Shown: in pieces, positions 26,411 through 36,246 of the stretch
Numbering within the stretch: position 1 is the stretch's first letter
How the letters are laid out: each line of letters starts with the position of its first letter
From: a virus
DNA length: 64,000 nt
IMG/VR virus record: IMGVR_UViG_3300022752_000035
Coordinates: 31,985-95,984 of that record
Direction: 5' to 3' (one strand)
The notes under the pieces: model-generated
Database searches by the model: none
What the model saw: the letters and a program-made list of their open reading frames with translations, nothing else
Told to the model about the DNA's origin: nothing
Program-made: the position numbers and the translations under genes

Positions 26411-28717
26411 ATGGGAATGGGAGAAGTGCCTAATCAAGCTATGCAAGCAAGTGAATATTTTTTGCAAGCGCTTGAGGCTCAAAGATCAATCAATTCGCAT
26501 ATTCATGAGATAGAACCAACAACGCCAGTATTTTTATATGAAATTGATTTAAATGAGATTAAACCTGCAACTATTTCTTATCCAAACAGAAATGGGCCCG
26601 TTAAAGATGGGGTGATAAGAATACATAATGATTTTAATCTTTTTAATATTAATCGAGGAATTATAAAATGGAAAGGTAATCTTTATTTTCCATTTCCTGT
26701 TTATGGTGAACAATTTGATATAACTTCGAATGGCACAATTCCAACTCCTAAAGTTAAATTTTCTAGTCAATTTTTAGATGATGAATTTAATTCATTCTAT
26801 AAATATATAAGAATGCAAATTCAAGAACTAAAAGATATTGTAGGTTCTAAAGTCACAAGAAGAAAAACATTTGTTAGATATTTAAGCCCAGATAATTTTC
26901 CCGCAGGAGTAAATCCTTTTAATACTTTTACAGATACTCCATGGGCATCAAGAGATGGAGAAGCGCTTACTGTAAGATCGTTAGAAAGAGTACCAATTGA
27001 TTTTGCAAAATGGTTAGTTTATACTATCAAATCTATACAAAGTTCAAATAAAATTTTCACATGTCTTCGTACAGACGATAGATTAAAAACTTTAAATATT
27101 AATTTACAAAAACAAATCTATAACTTAAATTCTTTAGATTTTTTTAACTTATTTATTAATGATGATATTAATTTAAGTCCAGACGTATTAGACGCATTTT
27201 CTTCTGATATTTTTATTATTCAATCTAATAATACTTATACAAATATTATTCCTGTCGCTCAAAATGAATTTAAAAAAATAAATACAAATACACCAATTAA
27301 GGTTTTATGTTATTATAGCTTAAGGAATTTCAGTAATACAAGTAGTGCTTTAATAAATTATCCTGTTACTTTTTCTGAATCTAGCTCTGAATTAATGACG
27401 CTTCTTTCTTTTAGATCAATAAATGAAACTATTGCAGAAAAATTTAATTATTCTATATCTACCCAAACCTCAACAAGTTTTACTACTCTATTTTCAAAAT
27501 CTTTAAATGGTAATTTTGATATTAATTATCTAACAATTCCAACGGGTGTTTATACTGGAGTGAATCCATATTCAAATGAAGATGCAAAATTTATTGGATT
27601 AAAACTAAATCCAAATTTTGGTTCTGCTACGTCTGGAGAGTATGATATCGTTTTTCCAGTAACATTTTCGAATGTACCAAAAATATTATTTAATAGTTGG
27701 GGAAGTGCAGGGTTCTTATATGATCAATATTTAAAAAATATTACTTCTACAGGATGTACATTTGTAGCAACTCATACAGGAAACAATGCTCAATTACAGA
27801 CTCAAAATATTAATTTAATTGCAACAGATTACATAACAGACCAACTTACGCCACCAAATAATACTCAAATATATACAGCGTATCAAAATATGGCAAAGAA
27901 TAATTTAAACGAAATAAATCAAAAAAGAATTGATATTTATGAAGTGGAATTAACTCCAGATATATACTATATTGATAGAAAAGTGCAAGAAGATTCTCAA
28001 AATGTTATTTATGAATTAGCTTCATTACTTGATGTCGAAGGAGTAAAATTACCAGGAAGAATTTTATTATCTAAAAATTGTCCATTTACTTATCGTGGCG
28101 AAGGATGTTTGTATGAACGATATGATAGATTAACTGTAGTTCATTCTGGGGTGTATGGAGGGATTGGCTCGGTAATTAATGCAAATTCTACAGCAAATTC
28201 AAATGGTATATCAAAATCTAACTTATCTTTTTCTCAGCAATGTCATGGTCTTCAATCTGCCCCGCCTGTTGCAAACGCTTCGGATAATTCATTTTCTCAA
28301 TATAGGCAAGGAGATTGGAGAGATCGAGGAACATGGCAACAAGGTATAACTTATTATTATGGAAATTATATATATATAGAAAAAAATTATATAAAATATT
28401 ATTTTGTGTGCAAACAACAGCACACAGCCGATTTAATTAATTGTCCACCAAATTCTCAATTCTGGGAGTCTGATACGTGTTCAAAAACTTTAGTTGGTTG
28501 TAGAGCTAGATGGAGAAATAATCCAAATTTTACTAAAAATTTATTATCTGTTAATCATGTTTTTGGTAATAATCAAATTGTTGATCCTTTATTGAAAATA
28601 GAAGTAAGTGCTCCCAAAGATGTTAATGGTACTCAATTAATGGGTGTTTTACCTTTTGGTGGATTCCCATCTGTAGAAGGAAAATTCCAATCTCAACAAA
28701 GTATGCCAGGAGTTTAA
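26411..28717 (+). CDS. lambda gpL-like tail-tip protein with large insertions
   Basis: LYEIDL, RRKTFVRYL..NF, YYIDRK..E..YELAS, CPFTYRGEGC, DTCSKTLVGC, LPFGGFP. Confidence 0.87.
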   Translation: MGMGEVPNQAMQASEYFLQALEAQRSINSHIHEIEPTTPVFLYEIDLNEIKPATISYPNRNGPVKDGVIRIHNDFNLFNINRGIIKWKGNLYFPFPVYGEQFDITSNGTIPTPKVKFSSQFLDDEFNSFYKYIRMQIQELKDIVGSKVTRRKTFVRYLSPDNFPAGVNPFNTFTDTPWASRDGEALTVRSLERVPIDFAKWLVYTIKSIQSSNKIFTCLRTDDRLKTLNINLQKQIYNLNSLDFFNLFINDDINLSPDVLDAFSSDIFIIQSNNTYTNIIPVAQNEFKKINTNTPIKVLCYYSLRNFSNTSSALINYPVTFSESSSELMTLLSFRSINETIAEKFNYSISTQTSTSFTTLFSKSLNGNFDINYLTIPTGVYTGVNPYSNEDAKFIGLKLNPNFGSATSGEYDIVFPVTFSNVPKILFNSWGSAGFLYDQYLKNITSTGCTFVATHTGNNAQLQTQNINLIATDYITDQLTPPNNTQIYTAYQNMAKNNLNEINQKRIDIYEVELTPDIYYIDRKVQEDSQNVIYELASLLDVEGVKLPGRILLSKNCPFTYRGEGCLYERYDRLTVVHSGVYGGIGSVINANSTANSNGISKSNLSFSQQCHGLQSAPPVANASDNSFSQYRQGDWRDRGTWQQGITYYYGNYIYIEKNYIKYYFVCKQQHTADLINCPPNSQFWESDTCSKTLVGCRARWRNNPNFTKNLLSVNHVFGNNQIVDPLLKIEVSAPKDVNGTQLMGVLPFGGFPSVEGKFQSQQSMPGV

Positions 28718-28718
28718 T

Positions 28719-29465
28719 ATGGAATTTAATTCTCAAATTAAAAATTATATTAAAAATCTAGCTGTCAAAAAATTAGAAGAAGAAGTTTGTGGGTTTATAT
28801 ATTTCGATGAAAAAAATTATAAATTTGAAATTTATCCATGTAAAAATAGAGCAGAAAATAAAAAAGATAATTTTACAATATCTCCACAAGACTATTTAAA
28901 TTGCTCAAATTTAGGTAAAATTATAGCTTGTTATCATTCTCATATAAATGAAAATATTGAATTTAGTGAGATAGATAAAAATAATAGTAATATTTATAAT
29001 ATACATTATATACTATATAATATTAAATATGATATTTTTAATATTTATACTCCAAATAAAGAAAATAATCCATATGTTGGAAGACCTTTTATACTTGGCA
29101 AATCTGATTGTTTTACATTAATGCAAGAATATGCATGGAAAGAAAAGAAAGTCAAAATTGAATTTCCAAAAGAATTAATTTACCCAAGATATTTAGAAGA
29201 TATCAAGGATTTATATGAAAATAACTTTAAAAATCAAGGTTTTTTGAAATTAGATAAAAACGTTAAACTTCAAAAATTTGATGGTCTTATGATGCTTTTC
29301 CCAGCTATTTCAGATAAATTTCCAACACATGCCGCAGTTTATATAGGAGATGGCCTTATTTTGCATCAACCATTTAATTCTTTTTCTTGTGTAAATATAT
29401 ATGATAACTTTTTAAAAAAACATACTAGCTATGTTTTAAGGTATAAGGAGCTTATTAATGGTTAA
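28719..29465 (+). CDS. lambda gpK-like tail assembly protein (JAB/MPN + NlpC/P60)
   Basis: EEVCGFI...YHSH.......SEID (JAMM motif); GRPFILGKSDCFTL...HAAVYIGDGLILHQ. Confidence 0.88.
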   Translation: MEFNSQIKNYIKNLAVKKLEEEVCGFIYFDEKNYKFEIYPCKNRAENKKDNFTISPQDYLNCSNLGKIIACYHSHINENIEFSEIDKNNSNIYNIHYILYNIKYDIFNIYTPNKENNPYVGRPFILGKSDCFTLMQEYAWKEKKVKIEFPKELIYPRYLEDIKDLYENNFKNQGFLKLDKNVKLQKFDGLMMLFPAISDKFPTHAAVYIGDGLILHQPFNSFSCVNIYDNFLKKHTSYVLRYKELING

Positions 29466-30768
29466 AGTAAAATTACATGGATTTTTAGGCCAAGAAATTG
29501 GAGAAGAATGGAATCTAAATGTCTCTAGCGTTGCAGAAGCATTTAGAGCTATAGAAGCAAATACAAAAAAATTAACTAAATTTTTTATTAATCAATCTGA
29601 GAAAAATGCAAAATATGAAATATTAATTAATCATCGTCCTTTATGGGTACCAAAAGCAGAAGAAATGCCAACAGATTACAAAGATGTAAATAAAAAACAT
29701 TTTGCAAAATTATATGAATCCGAAATGTTTATGAATTTTGGTTCAGAGTTAAAAACTATAGATATTATACCAATATTAGAAGGAGCTGGTGGTGGAGGGG
29801 GTGCGGCTGGAGGATGTTTTCCAGCTGGAACAAAAATATCTACTCCACAAGGAATTAAAAATATTGAAGATCTTAAAGAAGGCGATGAAATTTTATCTTT
29901 TGATAAAGAGAAAAATATACAAATAGATATGATAGAAAAAGTCTTTGAACATGAAAATAATAAAATTTTAAAAATTACGTTATGGGATGGTTCAATAATA
30001 AGAGCTACAGGAAATCACTGGTTTTTTAATGAATATAATAGATTTACTCCTTTAGAAAATTTTAAAATTGGAGATGTCTTAATACATAAAAGTGGCGACG
30101 TTATGCCAATTGAAAAAATAGAAGAAGATGGAAATGAAAAAGTCTATAATTTTCATGTTTTAAAAAATCATACATATATAGCTGATAATATTTTAGTGCA
30201 TAATGGAGGAGGAGGAAAAGGAGGAGGTGGAGGAAAAGGTGGTGGTGGAGGAGGATTTAAAAGTATTTTTGCTGTATTTTTAGCTATTATTTTAGCTCCA
30301 GTTACAGGAGGCGGCTCTCTTGGTATATTAGGGATGTTAGCTCCTGCAATTTTAGGATTAGTAGCTCTTGGAGTATCAATGTTATTAATGAAGCCGCCAC
30401 CAATGGTAAGTCCTCAACAAATAGCGAATCCTTCAGCGGATTTTGAAGCTTCTCCAGATTCTGGAGGAGGAGAACCATCTTATACATTTAATGGTCCAGT
30501 CAATACAGTAGGTGAAGGTGGACCAGTACCAATTGGTTATGGAAGATTAATTATAGGAAGTCAACAGATTTTTAGTTCATACGATCAATTATATCGTATA
30601 CAATCAAGAAGTAATACATATGAAAGCGATGGTAAAGCGCCAATAGGCGCAGGAGCAGGGGAAAAAAACTATCCAACAAAAAGTTTTTATTTTACTCATG
30701 TTGGTTATCCAATAAACATTCAAGATGTCCAAGGAAATTCAATGTCAGATAGCTCATTATCAATTTAA
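29458..30768 (+). CDS. lambda gpI-like tail assembly protein (ubiquitin-like N-domain) containing a Hint domain
   Basis: VKLHGFLG...SVAEAFRAI...IDIIPILEGAGG; hydrophobic segment; SYTFNGPVNTVGEGGPVPIGYGRLIIGS. Confidence 0.87.
   Translation: MVKVKLHGFLGQEIGEEWNLNVSSVAEAFRAIEANTKKLTKFFINQSEKNAKYEILINHRPLWVPKAEEMPTDYKDVNKKHFAKLYESEMFMNFGSELKTIDIIPILEGAGGGGGAAGGCFPAGTKISTPQGIKNIEDLKEGDEILSFDKEKNIQIDMIEKVFEHENNKILKITLWDGSIIRATGNHWFFNEYNRFTPLENFKIGDVLIHKSGDVMPIEKIEEDGNEKVYNFHVLKNHTYIADNILVHNGGGGKGGGGGKGGGGGGFKSIFAVFLAIILAPVTGGGSLGILGMLAPAILGLVALGVSMLLMKPPPMVSPQQIANPSADFEASPDSGGGEPSYTFNGPVNTVGEGGPVPIGYGRLIIGSQQIFSSYDQLYRIQSRSNTYESDGKAPIGAGAGEKNYPTKSFYFTHVGYPINIQDVQGNSMSDSSLSI
29815..30204 (+). other. 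Hint (intein-like/BIL) domain, 130 aa, inside gpI
   Basis: CFPAGTKI...ATGNH...VYNFHV...TYIADNILVHN, followed by Gly. Confidence 0.9.
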
Positions 30769-30771
30769 TTT

Positions 30772-33700
30772 ATGCCAAAAAAATGTAAAGATTGTGATCC
30801 AAATAAATATATCGAAGGGATAGCCTGGAGAGGAAAAAATGGCATTTCTTATGATGGTTATACTATATATAATGATGTTGGGAAACCGCTTGCATCAGAT
30901 TCAACATTGGCAGATGTAAACGATTTAGTAGATGCTTATAATCCAATTTTTTCTCAAAGCACAACCTATCCAAATCCATTACCAGAGTCTCCCACGAATG
31001 GTGTAGAAATAACTGGTATAGATCGAGGCCAAGGGTTTTGGTTTGTATGGAGTTTTATAAATGGTTTAGTCATGTATGGTACGCCTGGAGTTGGAGTAAA
31101 TGCTGCAAGTATAATTAGCTCAGGAACAGCTTCGGCAAGACTAGGTCAAGGCTTTTCTTTTAATGTACTTTTAGATCAAGTAGCCTCATATTTAACTTAT
31201 ACCGATTTTGGTGTCCTTGCAGACACAAATACAGATGATAGACTAAGATTTAGCAATACAAATAGTAATACAATACCATTTATCAAGACTAAAATTAATT
31301 ATGTAGGATATTATACTGGAATTATTCAGTCCGTCTTAAATGGAAATAGATATGTCAAAATAAATAATGTGACTCAATTAGAAACTTTTAAGGCTTATAA
31401 AAGTTTAACAATAAAATGTACAGATGCAGAAGGCAATGACCCAATATATGTTACTAGTGCACCAACTATACATGTTTTTAAAAACCAAAGTTTTTCTTAT
31501 TCTTTGACTACAAATTTAGCATCAAATAAATTTAATGCTTATTTAGATCAAAGTTCTTTAAATATTTTAGCAAATTTAGGACTAGCATGGAATCCTAGTT
31601 CTAAAACCATAACAGGAGTAGGTTCAACAAATTTAAGTTCAGAGATAAAAAATACAAATTTAAATTTTACTATTTATGGGCCAAATGCAGACGCAGGAAA
31701 TAGAATAAGTTTTAGTTTAAATTTATTATATGGAGCACAAAATACTCAAACAGTATTACCAACGGTTAGCGCTACAACATTTAATCGAGTTGTAGGTACA
31801 AAATTTGAGCAAGGATTAGCAGGCTTAAATAATAAGCATACAATTATAGGAATTTCTTCTTTACCAGAAGGATTAGTTTTTAATTCTACTAGTAAATCTA
31901 TTACTGGAACACCAAAACATGCGGGTACTTTTTATGCATATGCAAGCTGTTCTAATGCTAGAGGATCTAGCTCGAAAGTGACATTAACTTTTAATTTTAG
32001 TCCATATTCACTCAATAATGATAAATCTCAAAGCACTTTTCCAAGTAAAATAAATTTACCTTCATGGGATTTTAATGCTATAAAAAATAATAAAATTGTC
32101 TTAGATCTATATACTACTGGAGATGATATTATATATTTTAAAAAAATTAATACAAATGAATTTGAAACTATAAGAAAAAATGGGGAACCAAATAATATCA
32201 CAAGTAGAGGAGGAAGGATTTCTACAACATCTTTTTCTCCTGGTCAAGGACAAGAAGGCGAAACTTGTTTTTGGATTAAGATTGATGATCCAACTAAAAC
32301 AAATGTTAAAAATCCAGAACTTGATATCTCTATAGAAGGAAATTATGCAATACAATATTATTCTACGAATCAAAAAGATTTAGTAGGAAATGTTTGTTAT
32401 ACTCCAGACGTTAATGCAAGTGGTCCAGCATCTACTCCATTTATACAAAATTTAACAGTAACCGCAACAGATACAATTAAAACAGCTTTTAGCGCAAATC
32501 CAGCCGAAAATATGCCAACCATAACGGTTAGCCCCACTCAAGTAGAGCATCAGGTCGTATTTGATCTTGGAAATTTGGGTGTGGGTGTTACTCCAAATTT
32601 TTCTACAGTCACTATAGTAAAACAGAGATTATCTGGACGAGAAGTAGTCACTGTGACTCCAGGATCACAATATAGAAGTACCATAGAAAATAGCTCAATA
32701 TTTGCTCGACAAAGATTATCTAAAAGTGGACTTTTAAAATATCCAAATGGAATTCCTGCCTCAGAAGGCACATATACATTTTACGTTATTCTTGCTGATA
32801 CATGCACTTTTAATAAAAGCACGCAAAGATTTAGTTTATATATAAATACATATACGCCAAGAGCAGGAGATGTATATTCTTGTAAATATAGAAGTACATG
32901 TTTTCCAGCTGGCACAAAAATACATACTCCACATGGAGATAAAAATATAGAAGATTTAAAAGAAAATCAAGAAGTTTATGGATATGATGAAGATCAGAAT
33001 TTAGAAATATGTAAAATATCTCAAATATTTGACGAAGGAAAAGATCCTCAACCAATTACTAAAGTAACATTAGAAGATGGATCTACTATAAGATGCACAA
33101 AATCTCATCCATTTTTAACAGAAAATAATGAATATAAATTCCTTATAGATTTAAATATTGGTGATTATTTAATGACTTTTAATAAAAAGAAATTAAAAAT
33201 TATCAACATTGAAAACGATGGATTTGAACTTGTGTATAATTTTGAAGTAGAAAAATATCATAATTATATTGCTGATAAAATTTTTGTACATAATAGAGGT
33301 GGAGGAGGTAGAAGAAAGGATAATAAAGAATATTATCAAGATTATACATTACCAAATTCAACTGTACCGAGCAACTGTGTTAAAGTAGTCAGTAGAGCAG
33401 GAGATCGTCAACAAGTAGATAATTATGGTTATAGATATGCAAATAAGTTAAAAGACACAAAAGATATAGGAATAACATCTTTAACAAATATATCTTTATT
33501 AGATATTCTTGGAGAAGGTCCTATTGAGGGAATTGTAGACTATGATATTGTGCCTAATGACGGAGCTCAAATTGGTGATATAGGATATAAAAATGGAGTG
33601 AAAATAGTCAAATATGAAGGTCCAGCATCAATAGTAAGATCTATTTATTGGAATGAAATACCTGTTGCAGATAATACATATCCAGTTAAAGGTTCTTTGA

Positions 33701-36246
33701 ATTTTGAATTTATAAAATTAGCATATGATTATGGTGATGGCGCGCCAAGACATACAGTAATTGAAGAGTTAAAAAATATAAAATTAGAAGAGTCTTTCTA
33801 TGCCAGAAAAGTTAATAATGGTCAATATATACAATCTCTTGTATTAAAAAATGATACTACAGGACAAACTTTAGCAAATGAAATAAAACTCCCAAGAAGA
33901 CTAACAAGCACAAAAGTTGTTGGAAATAAACTTTTTGGAAAAAGGAAATTTCAAGACGGAAGTTCTAAAACTTATAAAAAATCTTTAACAATTTTAACAA
34001 AAGATTTATATGGACTAAGGCTTCATTTAAAAGCTTTAAGTTTATTTAAAAGTGTTGTTGACATGACTATTTGGGATAGCGCCGATCAAGCTTCAAAAAA
34101 CGCAGTAAGTGGCAGAACAGATCGATTGGAAATGACATTTTATCTTTATCTAAAAAGAATAGATTATATTCCAAACGTTGGCAAACAAGTTACAATTATA
34201 CCTAATCCAGATTATACAGGAGTATCAAATGGAACATTTACAATAAGCGAAGAAGCATATTATAATAATATATACAGTAAACAAAATGATGTATTAATTT
34301 TATTCTGGCCACCAGATTGTCCAAATCCAAATAATAGTAATCCTAATTGTAATGGCCCAGATGGATACAAAAGACAACCAGCAAATTATACAGAATTTAT
34401 TAATGGAAGAACAACTTATTCTCATAGACACGACGGAGCAATATATACGGTCTATGCTTTAGACGTCAATAGATTACAAAAAGATTTCCGTACATCTTTA
34501 CAAGATTATATCAATAAACAACAAAGTTCATTAGACGGAGAAGCGAGAGATTATGGTAAATTGACAATTGCTGGAAAATTAAATCAAGGACCATATATAG
34601 AAACTTTTGAATGGACAGGGTTAGATAGATATACAAAATCTACTACAGTTGGTTGGGAAATAGAAATTGAACCAGTCTACGAAGAAAGCGTTGATCCAAA
34701 TATAGTAATAAAAAGTTCTATAGATTCAATAACTGAAATATATGACGATTTATTAGTTTTACCTCATACCGCTGGGGTTTTAACTACATTTGATTCAAGA
34801 TATTTTACTAGTATACCTCAAAGAGCTTATGATACAAGATTGCTTAAAGTTAAAATTCCAAGTAATTATAATCCATATTCAAGAACTTATAATGGAATTT
34901 GGGATGGAAATTTTAATTTAGGCTGGACGGATAATCCTGCATGGTGTTTTTATGATTTAATAACTAATAGAAGATATGGATTAGGAAAATATGTTGATCC
35001 AAATCTTACTGATAAATGGACATTATATGAAATTGCTCAGTATTGTGATCAATTAGTAAGTTCTGGTGGTTCTGGAGATGGAAAAGAACCAAGATTCACA
35101 TGTAACGTATTAATTAGCACTAGAGAAGACGCTTATAAAGTTGTTAATGACATGGCAAGTATTTTTAGAGCCATTGTATTTTATAACGCTGGATTAATAT
35201 TCACCTCTCAAGATAGACCAAAAGAACCAATTTATATATTTAATAATAGTAATGTAAAAGATGGGGAATTTACATATAGCAATACAAGCAAAAGGGTAAG
35301 AAGAAATGTCGCTTTAGTTAGGTATAATGATAAAAATAATTTTTATAAACCAGCGGTAAAATATGTTGAAAGTAGAGAAGGATTAATTAGATTTGGAATA
35401 AAAGAGATGGAAGTAAGTGCCTTTGGTTGCACAAGTGAAGGTCAAGCAGAAAGATTAGGCAAATGGACATTGCTATCTGAAAATTTAGAGTCTGAATTAG
35501 TAAATTTTGAAACAAGTTTACCTGCAATGTATTTAAAACCTGGAGATATTGTATATATACAAGATCAAAATCGTCAAAATAAAATTCTTGGTGGAAGGAC
35601 TTATGAAGTAAGTAGAAATTATGCAATTTTAGATGTAAGATATGAAGATATTTCTGGATTTTTACCAGCGATAAATAGTTGTAATTTTAATATTTTAACA
35701 CCAGCAGGTAATATTGAAATCGGTACAGAAACAGGAAACGCAATTGTAAAATTAACTTCGGAAAATAAATTATTTAGCGTGGTAGGAGATAATGGACAAA
35801 GAATTTTAAGTTCAGGGTTAAGTACATCTTTAATTAGAAAAAAACAAATTCAAACAGTAAAATTTGAATCAAATTATACTATACAAGATCCAATGGATAC
35901 AAATATTTTTAGTAATAACATTAGCATGCAAAATACAGGTAATTTCCAAGGATATACCAGAATAGACTTTGGTGGACAATATTTAGATAACACAGAGCAC
36001 ACTTTAATGCAGAATACTGTTTGGACGATAGAAATTAATCCAGAAAATTATGATTATAATAAAAGTCCAAGCGTTTCTGGATTTAGTAATCCAGGCGTCA
36101 AATATCCAGGAGCATCATTAGAACCCTATATGGATAAAACACAAAAATTTAGAATCTTAGATATTGAAGAACAAGAAGAGTATAGATATAAAATAACTGC
36201 GCTTCAATATGATGAAAGTAAATATGATCTAGGGGATAATATCTAA
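30772..36246 (+). CDS. lambda gpJ-like central tail/hub protein with N-terminal Ig region and Hint domain
   Basis: LDILGEGPIEG, KVKIPSNYNP..R.Y.G.WDG.F...WTDNPAWCFYDL...RYGLG, EPRFTCN, AFGCTSEGQA.R.GKW. Confidence 0.9.
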   Translation: MPKKCKDCDPNKYIEGIAWRGKNGISYDGYTIYNDVGKPLASDSTLADVNDLVDAYNPIFSQSTTYPNPLPESPTNGVEITGIDRGQGFWFVWSFINGLVMYGTPGVGVNAASIISSGTASARLGQGFSFNVLLDQVASYLTYTDFGVLADTNTDDRLRFSNTNSNTIPFIKTKINYVGYYTGIIQSVLNGNRYVKINNVTQLETFKAYKSLTIKCTDAEGNDPIYVTSAPTIHVFKNQSFSYSLTTNLASNKFNAYLDQSSLNILANLGLAWNPSSKTITGVGSTNLSSEIKNTNLNFTIYGPNADAGNRISFSLNLLYGAQNTQTVLPTVSATTFNRVVGTKFEQGLAGLNNKHTIIGISSLPEGLVFNSTSKSITGTPKHAGTFYAYASCSNARGSSSKVTLTFNFSPYSLNNDKSQSTFPSKINLPSWDFNAIKNNKIVLDLYTTGDDIIYFKKINTNEFETIRKNGEPNNITSRGGRISTTSFSPGQGQEGETCFWIKIDDPTKTNVKNPELDISIEGNYAIQYYSTNQKDLVGNVCYTPDVNASGPASTPFIQNLTVTATDTIKTAFSANPAENMPTITVSPTQVEHQVVFDLGNLGVGVTPNFSTVTIVKQRLSGREVVTVTPGSQYRSTIENSSIFARQRLSKSGLLKYPNGIPASEGTYTFYVILADTCTFNKSTQRFSLYINTYTPRAGDVYSCKYRSTCFPAGTKIHTPHGDKNIEDLKENQEVYGYDEDQNLEICKISQIFDEGKDPQPITKVTLEDGSTIRCTKSHPFLTENNEYKFLIDLNIGDYLMTFNKKKLKIINIENDGFELVYNFEVEKYHNYIADKIFVHNRGGGGRRKDNKEYYQDYTLPNSTVPSNCVKVVSRAGDRQQVDNYGYRYANKLKDTKDIGITSLTNISLLDILGEGPIEGIVDYDIVPNDGAQIGDIGYKNGVKIVKYEGPASIVRSIYWNEIPVADNTYPVKGSLNFEFIKLAYDYGDGAPRHTVIEELKNIKLEESFYARKVNNGQYIQSLVLKNDTTGQTLANEIKLPRRLTSTKVVGNKLFGKRKFQDGSSKTYKKSLTILTKDLYGLRLHLKALSLFKSVVDMTIWDSADQASKNAVSGRTDRLEMTFYLYLKRIDYIPNVGKQVTIIPNPDYTGVSNGTFTISEEAYYNNIYSKQNDVLILFWPPDCPNPNNSNPNCNGPDGYKRQPANYTEFINGRTTYSHRHDGAIYTVYALDVNRLQKDFRTSLQDYINKQQSSLDGEARDYGKLTIAGKLNQGPYIETFEWTGLDRYTKSTTVGWEIEIEPVYEESVDPNIVIKSSIDSITEIYDDLLVLPHTAGVLTTFDSRYFTSIPQRAYDTRLLKVKIPSNYNPYSRTYNGIWDGNFNLGWTDNPAWCFYDLITNRRYGLGKYVDPNLTDKWTLYEIAQYCDQLVSSGGSGDGKEPRFTCNVLISTREDAYKVVNDMASIFRAIVFYNAGLIFTSQDRPKEPIYIFNNSNVKDGEFTYSNTSKRVRRNVALVRYNDKNNFYKPAVKYVESREGLIRFGIKEMEVSAFGCTSEGQAERLGKWTLLSENLESELVNFETSLPAMYLKPGDIVYIQDQNRQNKILGGRTYEVSRNYAILDVRYEDISGFLPAINSCNFNILTPAGNIEIGTETGNAIVKLTSENKLFSVVGDNGQRILSSGLSTSLIRKKQIQTVKFESNYTIQDPMDTNIFSNNISMQNTGNFQGYTRIDFGGQYLDNTEHTLMQNTVWTIEINPENYDYNKSPSVSGFSNPGVKYPGASLEPYMDKTQKFRILDIEEQEEYRYKITALQYDESKYDLGDNI
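32899..33294 (+). other. Hint (intein-like/BIL) domain, 132 aa, inside gpJ
   Basis: CFPAGTKI...CTKSHPF...VYNFEV...NYIADKIFVHN, followed by Arg. Confidence 0.9.

Noticed and set aside
29815-33294. Canonical splicing inteins or mobile homing inteins
   Set aside because: The +1 residues are Gly and Arg rather than Cys/Ser/Thr, and there is no endonuclease domain; treated as BIL/Hint autoprocessing domains.
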